The position numbers and the translations under genes are program-made. Shown piece by piece: positions 27,417-39,708 of a stretch of DNA of 64,000 bases (its first letter is position 1; each line of letters begins with the position of its first letter). The notes beneath the pieces are model-generated. The model ran no database searches, was not told the origin of the DNA, and saw only the letters and a list, made by a program, of their open reading frames with translations. The DNA is from Trichodelitschia bisporula. Taxonomy: Eukaryota. The stretch spans positions 1,400,579 to 1,464,578 of the forward strand of contig ML996688.1 of assembly GCA_010356995.1 (NCBI GenBank), given 5' to 3'.

Positions 27417-28845
27417 TCTTGTGTCGGTATGACCTCGAAGGAAGCGTCCTTCGCGGTCTAGAGTGGCAACCGGATCCCAAATTTGCTGAGGTTGGTGTAC
27501 GAGGCGCAAGATGCCGAAGGTGACTGCATGAGCTCTTTAACGACACATTCTACGGCACGAATGCAAGTTTGGTTCACAGTCGATATCATTTCTTGAATGC
27601 AACAGAACATCCCCACGGGCCATCGTCGCGAAGGAAACGGCCCAACGGCAAGGGCCCCAGATCCACCCCACCCCCACCAACGTTGTTCGATTGCGCGCGG
27701 GCTGTACCACGCAATCCACCGGCCCATGTCTCGTCAATGCTGTCCGGATACGAGGCTTGAGATACGTCCACGGGATCCCAGATATGTGCGAGCAAGTATC
27801 CCGCATTTCCCCTCAACAACATATCATTCGGAGTTCTCTCATCAAGCTCGGCCAAATCTGCTCCGCCGATGCTCAAGGATTGAGGGCTTCTCTTGCCCAA
27901 CGAAGGTGCAGTCGCTCTGGTGGTGGCGTTTTCGAGTTCGTCTCTGCGTCTCGTAAGCCTCAAGTTTAACTCCTCCTTTGCAAAAGATCATACCGTGCCG
28001 GGAGACTTGCCGTCCCCTGATAGCCCCCGCGTCCGATGCTTAGAGAGGCGTGGAATCGCGGGCTCCTACATTGATTTCCCTGCGCATCCATGCCACTGAC
28101 AACTGAGTGATCAGCAGCAGACCCTCTGGCTGCACCACCGTACCACTCATCTGCGGCACTCTCGTCGAATTTTTGTGAGTGAGACATAGCCGTTGATTCT
28201 TCTTCACTTGAAAAATGACACCATTTTAACAACCAGCCTTGAACAGGATTTGGGTCCCGTCATTGCTAAAACCTTCCCGAATGTCCATTCTCTCTGGCCT
28301 AGACTGGACTCATGCCGCCAGATGACCATTTGGCCGAATTTCTACTTTGGGATGCCAGGAGAAATCGGTCATGATGATTGGCCAGGAGCTGTGGCCGGTC
28401 CATCGTTCTGGACTCAAGGCAGATCGAGGACCAGCACGACTACGGCGCGTAGAGAGAGATCGTGCGACTTCTGCATGGAGCAAACCGGATGACACAGTTG
28501 ATCACTTCCATATGCGGGGCCATGAAGAGAACGTGTCGGTGTTGCGGTGTTGCGCGTTGGCGCGTGGTACGTATCTAGGGGTCGCGTCGCAAACCAGCCT
28601 GATGACGTCACTACATACTTTGCACCCTGCACAATGTTAATTGAGATTAGGCGTCCGCACTAGATTCCTGGACCCTGAGATCCAACCCCGAACTCCCGGA
28701 AGCCCCGCCAACCAGACCCTGCGCCAGTGCCAGTTTCCCCTGCTGATGTCCCCGACAACACCCCATGGCTGCATATAAAAAAAGAAAAGAAGGAGAAAAA
28801 CGATGCCCCCCGGAACACCAAAAACACCCACACCGTAACCCATCG

Positions 28846-29834
28846 TCATCCTAGCGCCTTTCCCGCTGATGCTTGAAGCAAGGACTCGAGCTCCCATTCG
28901 CGAACTGCGATGGCCCAGACAATTCCTCCATGGGGTTCGTAACTCATGGCAACTGGTGCCACGCTTTCCATCTCGTCGGGCACGCGCATCTCGATTCGCG
29001 CCATGGTCTGGAAGCCCAGGCGACGGTACAGCTTCTTCCCCATTGGACTGGCAAATACTGTGACTACCATCCCCCACTTTTGAGCAAATGCCATACCCCA
29101 CTTGCACAATGCCGTTCCGGCCCCTCTCCTCTGGTAATCGGGGTGAGTTGCAAGTATCTGGAGCTGGAGGTGACGAGCGCCAAAGGAATCATCAAAGTAC
29201 TGCTTCCTAGCCTTTGCCATTGTCGCGGCCCAGAGCTCCATGCGCCTACGATGCCCATCCCGACGTTTATGCGACGGAAGGAGCAGAGGCTCACTAGGCG
29301 GGCATTGCATCGCTGCTTGCTCCATCAGCGCACGTTTGGGGTCGGGGTGTCGCGCGACGGACCACATGTGGATGTTTCAAGCTCGGGGACACCGTGTCGC
29401 CGGTGCAGGGCGTTTGCGTTGGTAACGTCCCAAACGGCAACAGCGACAATCATGCGCGCGCGGCAAACGTGAGGCCGCGCACTATCGTCGCTCTCGGCTA
29501 CCATGACGTGCCATGCATCCTTGTCGCTGAGAAACTCGTGGTATTTGGCGCTTGTGAAGGCGCGCGTGTCATCGGCGTATTCGCGCCGGCGCGGGAAGCG
29601 CCAGTCCCACTGCGGGTCGCTCGGCATGGCAGCGACAATAACCCCAACAATGGCTTCGAGATCCGAGAATTGCGCGGGACGGAAAGTAAGGGCGGAGGCG
29701 GCGGCGCCAGCGCCAGTGGCAGCAGTGACAACCGATGCAGCGCCGACAGGCATTGCGAATTTCGCGACACCGACAGGCAAGGCAGACCCCGAACCCATGG
29801 GGCTCGAGTATTCGCGATTTGACTTGACAGCCAT
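28846..29834 (-). CDS. GNAT-family N-acetyltransferase
   Basis: RPAQFSDL, AMPSDPQWDWRFP, VAVAVW, then an intron (~29363-29310), followed by LQILATHPDYQRRGAGTAL (acetyl-CoA motif A) and ASPMGKKLYRRLGF. Confidence 0.88.
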
Positions 29835-30926
29835 TTCGCGGCAAAATGATGTCGAACAAGAAACACCGGTGGTGGGTAAGAGACTTGATGGGGAGGGAAT
29901 AGTCTGGACTCGATCAGGAGTCCAGGACAGTTTGCACACACGCAGTTGCCTGGCGGTGAGCGTCGCGCGGCACCACGAGAGCAGACATGGTCATTTTTTA
30001 ATTTTTGTTCTGCTCCCTCAGCGCGCCGACTTACCAGATCGGGGGATGCGGCGTTGAATGAGGCGGCGATTCCGCGAAGAGATGGCTGGCGCATCGCGCC
30101 GGGTGCTGGGTAACCGTCGATCGCTGTCGAGGCCCATCTACGTCATGAGCCAAGAAACCCAGCCACGCTTGGCCCTTCGAGTTTCGCCGCCCGTCATGGA
30201 TTGCGTCGGTGGCTAATCGCCGGTGTCTTTTTCCCTTCGACATTATCCCCCCCCTCCCCAATCCCATCAGTGCTCGCCCTCTAAGCTAACAGCTCTTTTC
30301 AGGGCACCCCCTCCATCTCTCATCATATTGCAACCACCAAACAAATCTAGACTCGATTAAAGAGAAAAACGCCAAAAGTCACACCCCCCCCCCCTACACC
30401 GATCAACTGTTGTCCTTTTCTCAACTCAACTCACCGTTTTTATCGGAAGAGATTTCGGACCCCAAGTACTCTTCTTCCCTTTCTTCACTGTCGTCATCCT
30501 TTTACGACAGAAACATCAAATCACAGTTTAACTTTCCTCTTTCGCGCGGGGATATCCGGTCGCGCATCTCTCTTCTCTTTTGTCACCATTCCCCCGGCCT
30601 CAACCTCTTGGGACAAGGCTGCGCCTCATTTGAAGATATCAGGACCGTGGCTGTTAGGCGTCTCCCTCCTCTCTCTTTTCACTCGCACGGTTGTCCATGA
30701 CGGAAGTGTCGCAATCAAAAGTGCACCCTGTTTTCCACCACCAACCCGGCCGACTACTTAGCTGCGAGACATGCCTTTGACGGGCAAGGCCTGCACACAT
30801 TAAGACCTAACTGCACCAACGGTTGATCGGAGAACCTCAAAAGAACATCTTTCAGCCGCACATTACGCCAAAGGAAATACACGAGCATCCCACGCACGAG
30901 CATATCGCTTTTTAGTATCTGCGGCG

Positions 30927-33213
30927 ATGGCTGCGGCTAAAATGGGACCCAATACGCCCGGTAAGTTGCTTCCATCTTAAAGTGCCGCCCTTTTGGCTGT
31001 CACCGCCGCGGCCTGTCCTAACACCGGGGTCGTGCAGCCACGAGCCCACCTTTTGAGGATGCCGGCTGGACTCCACGTTTTGATGGCCATCAAAGGGACT
31101 CCTACTTCCCGGACATGGCCACCTACGATGACCCGTTTACAAATCTGAATCTTGACTTTTCGATGCCAATGTCCTCTACCGCTGTCCCCGTCACTTCATC
31201 GACCGGTCCCGTCCCATTTTTTCCTTCCGTTGATACCAGCTTCACGTCCCAAGTGGACAGGAATAGCTGGTCATCAGGCACTTCGGCTATGACATTTACC
31301 TTCGGACCATTTACCTTCACACCTCCAGCTTCCAGTTCCAATCAGCTTACCGGGTCTTACATTGTGCCGTATTCTGGTCCTCAGGTGACCCAAACGCCTG
31401 CCCAGATTGTTGGAACCTTCGCCCAGAATTGGGAGACGCTTCCTGCGCAGGCCGCAGCGTATGCTTCTGTTATTACGTCTCCAAAACCCGCGTCAGAAAG
31501 GCGATTTGGCGTCCCCAGCCCCCGTGCGGATGCTCAACCTCCAGTTGCGGAGTCCGGTCCGCTGGTGTCGAAGAAGCGGAAACGGAGCGCCAAAGACCAT
31601 GTTGGTGTTCCTACGGTGTTCAGGCTTAACGCACCGCTAAACGTTTGGTAGGAGCGTATCGTGAAAGACATCACGGGGAAAGAGGTCGGGGCCTTGATCC
31701 AATGGGGGAGCAAGAACACGCAGCGGAAGACGATGAGCGACAAAGAGCGACTTTCATATAAAGTCAATCGGAACCTCGGCGCCTGCGAGGCTTGTCGACG
31801 AAGCAAGAAGGCCGTAAGTGCTGGTGCCGCATCATCATTCCCGTCAACCTAACAAGCCGTCAGTGCAATCGCAGCTGCGCCCCATTCATCGTATGTCTGC
31901 GCTCCAAGGTCCTGCAGTTCAAAGATGGACCAGCAGATGTCATACTCTTTAGACCACGTTCGTGCTGTGAACTTGTCGCTGCTGTAACGAGATGCTTATG
32001 ATCATACAGGCCCATGGGGACCCCATCCTCTTGCATCCACCCACAGTGGCATCTACGAGTTGTCGGAGCTTGGACCATTCGACTACCCGACCCACACACT
32101 TCAACTCACTCAAGGCTTGGGCAGAGAGCTAACAACATATGTGGCGCCGTTCGAACCCGGATCTGAGTTCAAAACTAAGCACGTTTGGCAAGGAGCCGCG
32201 GGCAAGAGGGAATTGGAACTTCCTCCATATTGCCTAACCCGCTTGGACAGTATGAAGGAAAGTGTCGCCGAATACATCCGGACTTCCTGGCACAATGTGT
32301 ACTTGCAGCATATCATCTCCCAATCAGACCCGATCGCCCGTGAGGTGCTGCTTCGTTCCCAGCAGTACGCGCAGGCTCACAACGTTAGTTGATCGAACCC
32401 CGCAGCTCCCGTGATCTGCTAACAAGTAAACAGAAGCCCACTATCATTCAGGCACTAAAGGTTCTTGCCATCAACCGGATGATCGAACTCGACTGGGTTA
32501 TTTGCGGCCCAGAGACTCTTGGGATGCCTTCTATTCAAGACCCGGACTGTCCATGGCATGGCAAGGCCCCCATTACGCCTGTGATGGATACCCAGCTGGA
32601 CCAGATTGTGATTCAGGAACACCTCGTGCCGACAAGCCGGCGTTTGCTCACTGAGCTGCAGAAGAAGATGGGTTCTGGAGGAGCACCGAGTAGTGATGAC
32701 TGGTTCGAGATCTTCCTCGTCACATTTATTCTCTCGAGAAATACGGAACTGCTACTGAAGCATTCGAGGAAAAATGCTCAGCGGTACGGAGCCGAGGTGC
32801 GTCATGCGTCTCTCTTTAAGGGCCTTATTCCTGACTTGCCTCCAGAAACGGTACAACTCGATGGAACTCGCTGAGTTCTACTTTCATGGTACCCGTGTGC
32901 TACTCGCACACTACCATTATAAATATACTATGAAGCCTTTACTTCAGGCTTCGAGTGGAAAGAAGGGAAGCCGCATCGGATCGTTGCAGCATCCAGAAGT
33001 GGAGTTTCTGCAGAAGGTCCAGCGGCTTGTGGAGGACCGAAGTAAGTGGTTTGCGCCTCCTCTCCGACTTAACTGGTACTGACGTGTCGAACAGAGGACT
33101 CTTTAGTCAGTTTGCGGGCCTCCCATCAGTATGAGACGGATATGTACTGGTGCCACCAGCTCTTCACCGAGGGGTGGACGCCGGGTCCTCTAGATATTGT
33201 AGACGTGGTATAG
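30927..33213 (+). CDS. Fungal transcription-factor-like protein with an atypical Zn-cluster Cys motif
   Basis: Spliced model: MAAAKMGPNTP|ATSPP..., SKKRKR NLS, GACEACRRSKKA|CNRSCAPFIVC, TPVMDTQLDQI, DDWFEIFLVTFIL, LLAHYHY and MYWCHQLF. Multiple GT-AG introns. Confidence 0.75.
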
Positions 33214-33683
33214 ACGGCGCGAAGTGGTTATAGACGGGATTGTATAACTACCGTGTAGCATCATCATTCACCATAGCATTAGACATGGCGCGAGCGCGAT
33301 GTAGACTAGATCACTGTATGAGCGCACATTCTTTGGATGCGAATACTTCTGCTACTGCATTGCTGCTGCTACTGCTGCTGATAGAAACAGTGATGATGAT
33401 GGAACTCTTGCCTTCCCTCCCCACACCTGTCGGTGGGAGCGTGGCTGAGCAAACGCCACACCCGCATGGCGCAAGTGGCGCAAACACGGGCACTCCGCGC
33501 GACCGGTCTCGACCCCGCCCATTGTTTGAGCCTGTCACCGCCAAGCCATTCACAATCCCACCCCTACACCCGTACGCAAGGCTGCTGCCTCGCCACCCAG
33601 TATTCCACCGTGTCCTCAACGTCAATGTCGTTTTCCGCCGGCATCTCCCCCCGCACCCATGCCATAATACACTCTGCGCAAAC

Positions 33684-34670
33684 ATGAAGCTCAACGTGCG
33701 TTCAACCGGCCTTGCCGCCCTACTCCTCCTCGACGCCAGCGTCGCTGCCGCCCGCGCTCCGGCGAACCGCGTCCTCCTGTCCAACGTCAAGACACTCACC
33801 CTACGCAAAGACGCGACAACCGCTCACCGGCGCGTCCCACCCATCCCTCAGGTACCTTTCCCCGCCGCCTCTTCCCCCTTCCGTTCCACACCCCACTAAA
33901 GCACACAGCTTACCTGTATCGGCGGTTCAGCCCGGGGCCTGTACGAACCTGACGTAATCCGCTGCACGAACGCGGGGAGCGACTACTCGCCGGACAACGT
34001 GCAATGGACATGCAAAGCGAGTCTCCCACCCGAATTCAAGCTCGGCGCCACGGATGTCATCTGCGAGGGCTACGATGGGCCCGACGATCCGTACATCCTC
34101 AAGGGCAGCTGCGGGCTCGAGTATAGACTCGTACTCACCGAGGCGGGTGAGGAGAAATACGGGCACCGTCGGGATGATGGGAGTGAGAGCGAGATGACAT
34201 CGCCGTGGGCGGGGTACATATTCTGGGCCCTCTTTGTCGGTGTGCTCTGTTGGATGATATACCGCGCAGTGTGGGGCGAGCGTGCGCCAGGCGGAGGGGG
34301 CCTGCCTGGTGGAGGGGCAGGTGGATGGGGAGGCGGATGGGGAGGTGGGGACGATCCTCCCCCGCCATATGACCCGCGTCCGCCCCAGCCGCCTTGCAAG
34401 CCTTCTCCTGGGACTGGGGCAGAAGCCTGGAGACCGGGTTTTTGGAGCGGAGCTATGGGTGGTGCGGCAGCGGGGTATTTGGCTGGACAGCGCAGGCAGG
34501 GACAGGATACACGTGCGGGCCCGGCGCATGGGCAGGCGGGCGGGAGTAATTGGTTTGGGGGCGCAAGACGGGGGAATACTGGAGATGCGGGACGGAGAGA
34601 GAGCTCGAGTCCAAGCCCAAGTACGGCGAGGTGGGAGAGTACGGGGTTTGGGGGGACGAGAAGGAGGTAG
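33684..34670 (+). CDS. SARAF/TMEM66 (DUF1183) family membrane protein
   Basis: Signal peptide, VLLSNVKTLTL, RRVPPIPQ|LTCIGGSA, QWTCKASLP, VICEGY..PDDPYILKGSCGLEYRL, a TM helix, PGFWSG and the STGFGGTRRR end. Confidence 0.92.
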
Positions 34671-35409
34671 ACGGGTTAGGCATGCCGTGGAACGAAAATG
34701 ACGGGAATTTTGTGCATGAGCGTGACCGTGAGGGCTTTCACGCCGTGCAGATGGCCGCGGAGATGGCCACAGGGTCGTGTACAGATCATGGTGGGTTTAA
34801 TGTGATCGGGAAGTCGAGATCGGATCTGGCTGTCGTTTCTTGATAGGTGGTGAAGTAGCTCCGGTGGTTCGGATCGGTACCCTGAAAGATGCCACCCTCG
34901 CCTGGTGCCTTCTCGGTGCTGAGCTGAAAGCCCTGGAATATGCGCAAGGCTCTGGGAATTTACTGTAGAACGCAGCAGCAGATGGTTCCCCCAGTGTACG
35001 TGCAGATTCTTCGGCCAAATCAACAATATCTTTCAGCTCCGGGAATAGGACGAATGCTCCTATGTGCTTCCGCGGAGATACTTGGGACCAAGGGTAGCGT
35101 GACGCCATTCGACGTCAACCTTGCCTTCCAGCACAAAACTCACATCTCAGGTGAAAGGTTACGTTATAACAACACGACAATTCGTTGTAGAGGCAAATCG
35201 GCGCCATTGAATCATTGCACTGCTCTTGGAATTTCCCCTAGAGCGCAAGCCTTCCCTCACCGTTCGGGCCTTTGAGACGGAAACAACGGTACGAGCCGCC
35301 GGCAACGGGACGCAAGCGCAATCCATGGAAGCCGGTCGGGCATTCGAGCGAGGCTGATAAATGCATATTGGTCCCGCTCTTCCGCCGTTTGACATCCGAG
35401 ACGGTCATT

Positions 35410-36426
35410 ATGAAGACCAACTGGCGCATGCTGAACGTTGACCTCGACCACTATGTTAACCCCTACCTGCCGCCCTCGCCGAAGCACCGTCTCCCCGCGT
35501 TTTTGGCCCGCTGGATCGGGTACCGAAAGCATCCAGCGAAAAACATCGGCAATGTGGTTGTGGCATGGTGGGCGTGCGTGGGTGGCATCAGCAGCATCCT
35601 GCTGGTCGAGGCCGTGTACCGCCACTCGCCCGCGCTATATTGGTATCACCCACCGATCATAATCTCAAGCCTGGTGCGTCATGACTTTTCTCCAATATCA
35701 ATGGGGACAGAGGGAAGGCCGACTGCTGACAACAAACAGGGCGCCACGGCTATCCTCGACTACAACACGATCCAGTCACCGCTGGCGCAGCCGCGCGCCT
35801 CGCTGGTCGGCCACACGCTCTCGGCCGTCATCGGCGTCGGCATGACCAAGCTCTTTAAGCTGAATTCGCACTTCGAGTCGCTGCGATGGGTTGCCGGCGC
35901 GCTGGCCTGCGGCACTGCGTCTGCCGCAATGACGTTGACAGATACGATTCACCCGCCAGGTGGAGCGACCGCGCTGCTTGCGGCAATCGACCCGCAGGTT
36001 TCGGACATGGGATGGATCTTTGTGGTGTTTGTGATTATCGGCTCGCTGCTCATGCTGGGCGTCGCGCTGCTGTTGAATAATATCCAACGGCAATTCCCGA
36101 TATTTTGGTGGACGCCAAAGGACGTTGGCCGACGAAAGATAGAGGATGTCGAAGGATTGCCGGCGGCGAACGACGACTCCGACTCGGGCGCGTCAAAAGA
36201 GGAGCCGGGTGAATCACCGAAGCATCCAACGGGCCGGTCGATTGTACTGGATGCGCGGCATATCGTGCTTCCCGTCGGCTTTCCCCTCTCTCAGGAAGAG
36301 GATGAGGTACTGGAGATCTTGCGAGGGCGACTTCGGGACTGGGACGATGGAGATATGTCAACTGATTCAGTCTTGGGAGGAGACGTCGAGAAAGTCCGCA
36401 GTTGTAGCTCAAGGCGGCCGAGCTGA
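35410..36426 (+). CDS. HPP family membrane protein
   Basis: SSL|GATAIL..SPLAQPR, GHTLSA and TIHPPGGATALL. In-frame intron 35674-35739. Confidence 0.9.
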   Translation: MKTNWRMLNVDLDHYVNPYLPPSPKHRLPAFLARWIGYRKHPAKNIGNVVVAWWACVGGISSILLVEAVYRHSPALYWYHPPIIISSLVRHDFSPISMGTEGRPTADNKQGATAILDYNTIQSPLAQPRASLVGHTLSAVIGVGMTKLFKLNSHFESLRWVAGALACGTASAAMTLTDTIHPPGGATALLAAIDPQVSDMGWIFVVFVIIGSLLMLGVALLLNNIQRQFPIFWWTPKDVGRRKIEDVEGLPAANDDSDSGASKEEPGESPKHPTGRSIVLDARHIVLPVGFPLSQEEDEVLEILRGRLRDWDDGDMSTDSVLGGDVEKVRSCSSRRPS

Positions 36427-36784
36427 TGAATTAGGATACAAATGATATCGAGATATTATTTAGACACGGCGGGTTGCCGTTCCAGCGAAGGCATACGTCG
36501 TTCGATACAGAACAGCATGATAGAGACGGATTTGGAAGTTGAGTTGGATTCGAATGAAGGTTTCGCGAACATATCAATCTATTGCATATCACATGATAAA
36601 GTGGCGCAACATGCTCCTAGGAAACACGAAGCCTCAGGTGGAAGCAAACGAGGGGATGGCGAGGAGGGGGATGGGGATGAGGGGTGTAAGGGATGGGTGA
36701 GGGGAGGCGAACCAGGGTCATGAAATTTCCACTTGAAAGGCTTGGACGGCCAGCGCAGGTGCAACAAAACTTGGACGACCCTTT

Positions 36785-36797
36785 CAAAAGTTTTTTT
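36785..36797 (+). promoter_or_regulatory. RRPE-like A/T element upstream of ARB1
   Basis: caaaagttttttt about 300 bp upstream of a ribosome-biogenesis gene; only an approximate match to AAAAWTTTT. Confidence 0.25.
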
Positions 36798-37094
36798 GTG
36801 AATCTGCGAACTTGCACTTCACAACAACTTCCTGATAAAAAGTCCAAAGCGCACAGACATCTGCTTGTACGCCTTTTCTCTCGCATCATTTTCGCTTCCG
36901 GGCGTCTTTCTTCAACGCCCTTTGCTCACGTCTTCCACACACCTGTCGGGCATTCCCGTGTGTCTTTGTTTCTTTCGCCTGTGCGTCAGCCATTAGGTTC
37001 TATCGATAACGGACCGTCAGCCTCAACGCCCCCACCACAAATTCCCGGCACTACAGACCTAACGCCTCACACCCACACGTACTCTATATTCATC

Positions 37095-39059
37095 ATGGTT
37101 TCCGCTTCCAAGGCCGCTCGTAACGCCAAGCGCGCTGCCGACGGCAAGGAGCCTAAGAAGACGGCTGCCTCCAAGCTATCGTCCAAGGCCAACTCGAAGG
37201 CTGCATCGAAGGCCAACTCGGATGCCGAGGACTCAGATGGCGAGGTGGACTTTGTTGACGAGAAGGTCAAGAAGTTGGCGCTGCAGGAGGACAAGGACGG
37301 ACTCAGTGACCGCGTCACCACCGGCGTTCTTGCCAGCTTGGAGGCGTCTCGCGACGTCAAGATCACCTCCGCCAGCTTGGTTTTCCACGGCAAGGTCCTC
37401 ATTAACGACACCGTCATCGAAGTCAACTATGGCCGGCGGTACGGTTTGCTGGGAGAGAACGGCTGTGGTAAATCTACGCTTCTCAAGGCCATCGCCAAGC
37501 GCGAATTCCCCTTCCCTGAGCACATTGACATCTACCTTCTGAACGAGGGCGCCCCTCCCAGCAACCTTGGTGCGCTGGAGTGGGTTGTGAGGGAAGCTGA
37601 GAATGAGCTGGCGCGGATGGAAAAGTTGGCTGAAGATATCCTCGAGCGCGATGGACCCGACAGTCCTCTGCTGGAGGACCTGTATGAGGTAGGTCAAATG
37701 TGACATTTTGGCGTAGTGCAAAGCTAACGCAATACCCAGCACATGGAATCGATGGACCCCTCCACATTCCACACCCGCGCCTCGCTCATCCTGACTGGTC
37801 TTGGTTTCAACAAGAAGACCATTCTCAAGAAGACCAAGGACATGTCCGGTGGTTGGCGCATGCGTGTCGCTCTCGCGAAGGCGCTTTTCGTGAAACCATC
37901 GTTGCTGCTGCTCGACGACCCGACTGCCCATCTGGATCTCGAAGCCTGCGTGTGGCTGGAAGAGTACCTGAAGAAGTGGGAACGTACGCTTATTCTCGTC
38001 TCTCACAGTATGGATTTCCTCAATGGTGTCTGCACGACCATGATCGACATGCGCATGAAGCAGCTTCTCTACTACGGCGGTAACTACGACTCGTATTGGA
38101 AAACCCGCATGGAGCAAGAGACCAACCAGATGAAGGCGTACGAGAAGCAGCAAGAGGAAATCAAGCACATCAAGAAGTTCATCGCTTCCGCTGGTACCTA
38201 CGCCAATCTTGTCCGACAAGCGAAGTCACGCCAGAAAATTCTGGACAAGATGGAGGCCGAAGGTTTCATCCAGCCGGTTCATCAGGACCGCGTCTTTACG
38301 TTCCGTTTCGCGGACGTTGAGAAGCTGCCGCCTCCCGTACTGTCGCTGGACAATATCACCTTCTCGTACTCGGGAAATCCCGAGGACAACCTGTACGAGA
38401 ACCTCGATTTTGGTGTAGACATGGACTCCCGGACGGCGCTTGTCGGGCCGAACGGTGTTGGCAAGTCAACCTTGCTCCGCATCTTCACTGGGCAGGTCAG
38501 CCCCACTAAGGGCAGCGTGTCTCGCCACACCCATCTGAAGATGGGCATGTACACGCAGCACTCGGCCGACCAGCTAGACCTGACCAAGTCGGCGTTGGAT
38601 TTTGTGCGCGACAAGTACTCGTCTCAGTCCCAGGACTACCAGTACTGGCGTCAGCAGCTCGGCAAGTACGGCCTGTCTGGTGACTCGCAGACGGCGCTCA
38701 TGGGGACGCTCTCCGAGGGTCAGAAGAGCCGTATCGTATTTGCCCTGCTTGCAATTGAAGGCCCGAACATGCTTCTGCTTGACGAGCCGACGAACGGTCT
38801 TGACATTCCTACAATTGACAGCTTGGCTGATGCCATCAACGCCTTCAGCGGTGGTGTCGTTGTTGTTAGCCACGACTTCAGGTATACAACGAGAGATTCT
38901 CTCACTATATTGCCATTGCTAATGACGCGTAGACTGCTTGATAAGATTGCGAAGGACATCATGGTTTGCGAGAACAAGACGGTTCGGAGGTGGGACGGTA
39001 GCATCGGCGAGTACAAGAACCACCTGCGGAAGAAGATGATGGCTACTGGTGCTGTTTAG
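37095..39059 (+). CDS. ARB1: ABC-F ATPase Arb1/ABCF2
   Basis: MVSASKAAR start, GENGCGKST, MSGGWRMR, LLLDDPT, GPNGVGKST and LSEGQKSR. Two NBDs, no TM domain, two introns. Confidence 0.96.
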
Positions 39060-39708
39060 AGGATCATGGGATGGGTGGCAATTGATTTGTGGTTTCTGCA
39101 TTGATGATATGATGCTTGGACAATGCGGATGGCATACCGAGGGCGGTGCATCATGGCTCGCGGCAAGACAGTTTGCAGCCATTTTTCGTGGGGCTTGAAC
39201 ATACAGCACGACCAACGAAGTACCTACAGCTTCATCCGCATTCATGGGTGGGTTTAACGAGATAGAGGGACTATAGATTGCCACTCATGAATTGAAGCGC
39301 ATAAGATACAATCAAAAAGTTAATGTTTGCTGTTTGTGTATAAGTTTTGTACTCCAATGTGATAGGATATAAGATAGCTGATTCAGCGACCGCATGTTCG
39401 ATGCGATGAGTGACAACCGCCGCGACCGGTCCCTTCGGCCTCCGCTTGGACCACTCCGGAGCCCCGGCGGCAGCACCCACTCAGAGATCTCGAAGTTTCT
39501 CTCCGCAAATCTTCAGTTGGTGCGCCGCCTACAAATCTCCAAATTTTCTCCATCAACAAAGATCAATTCACTGTCGCCCTCCCCACAACCGCTATCCCTT
39601 CCTCTCGCATTCATCTGGATCGCTGGGCTCTGGAGTTCTAGGTGCAAGGCTTTCGTTATCGGCTGCCGTTTCCTCTTATAATCTTACCTCTCCCCACATT
39701 TCACCGCA

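Noticed and set aside
39486..39500. Heat-shock element upstream of HSP60 (atctcGAAgtTTCtc)
   Set aside because: Only two good nGAAn units; too weak to call.
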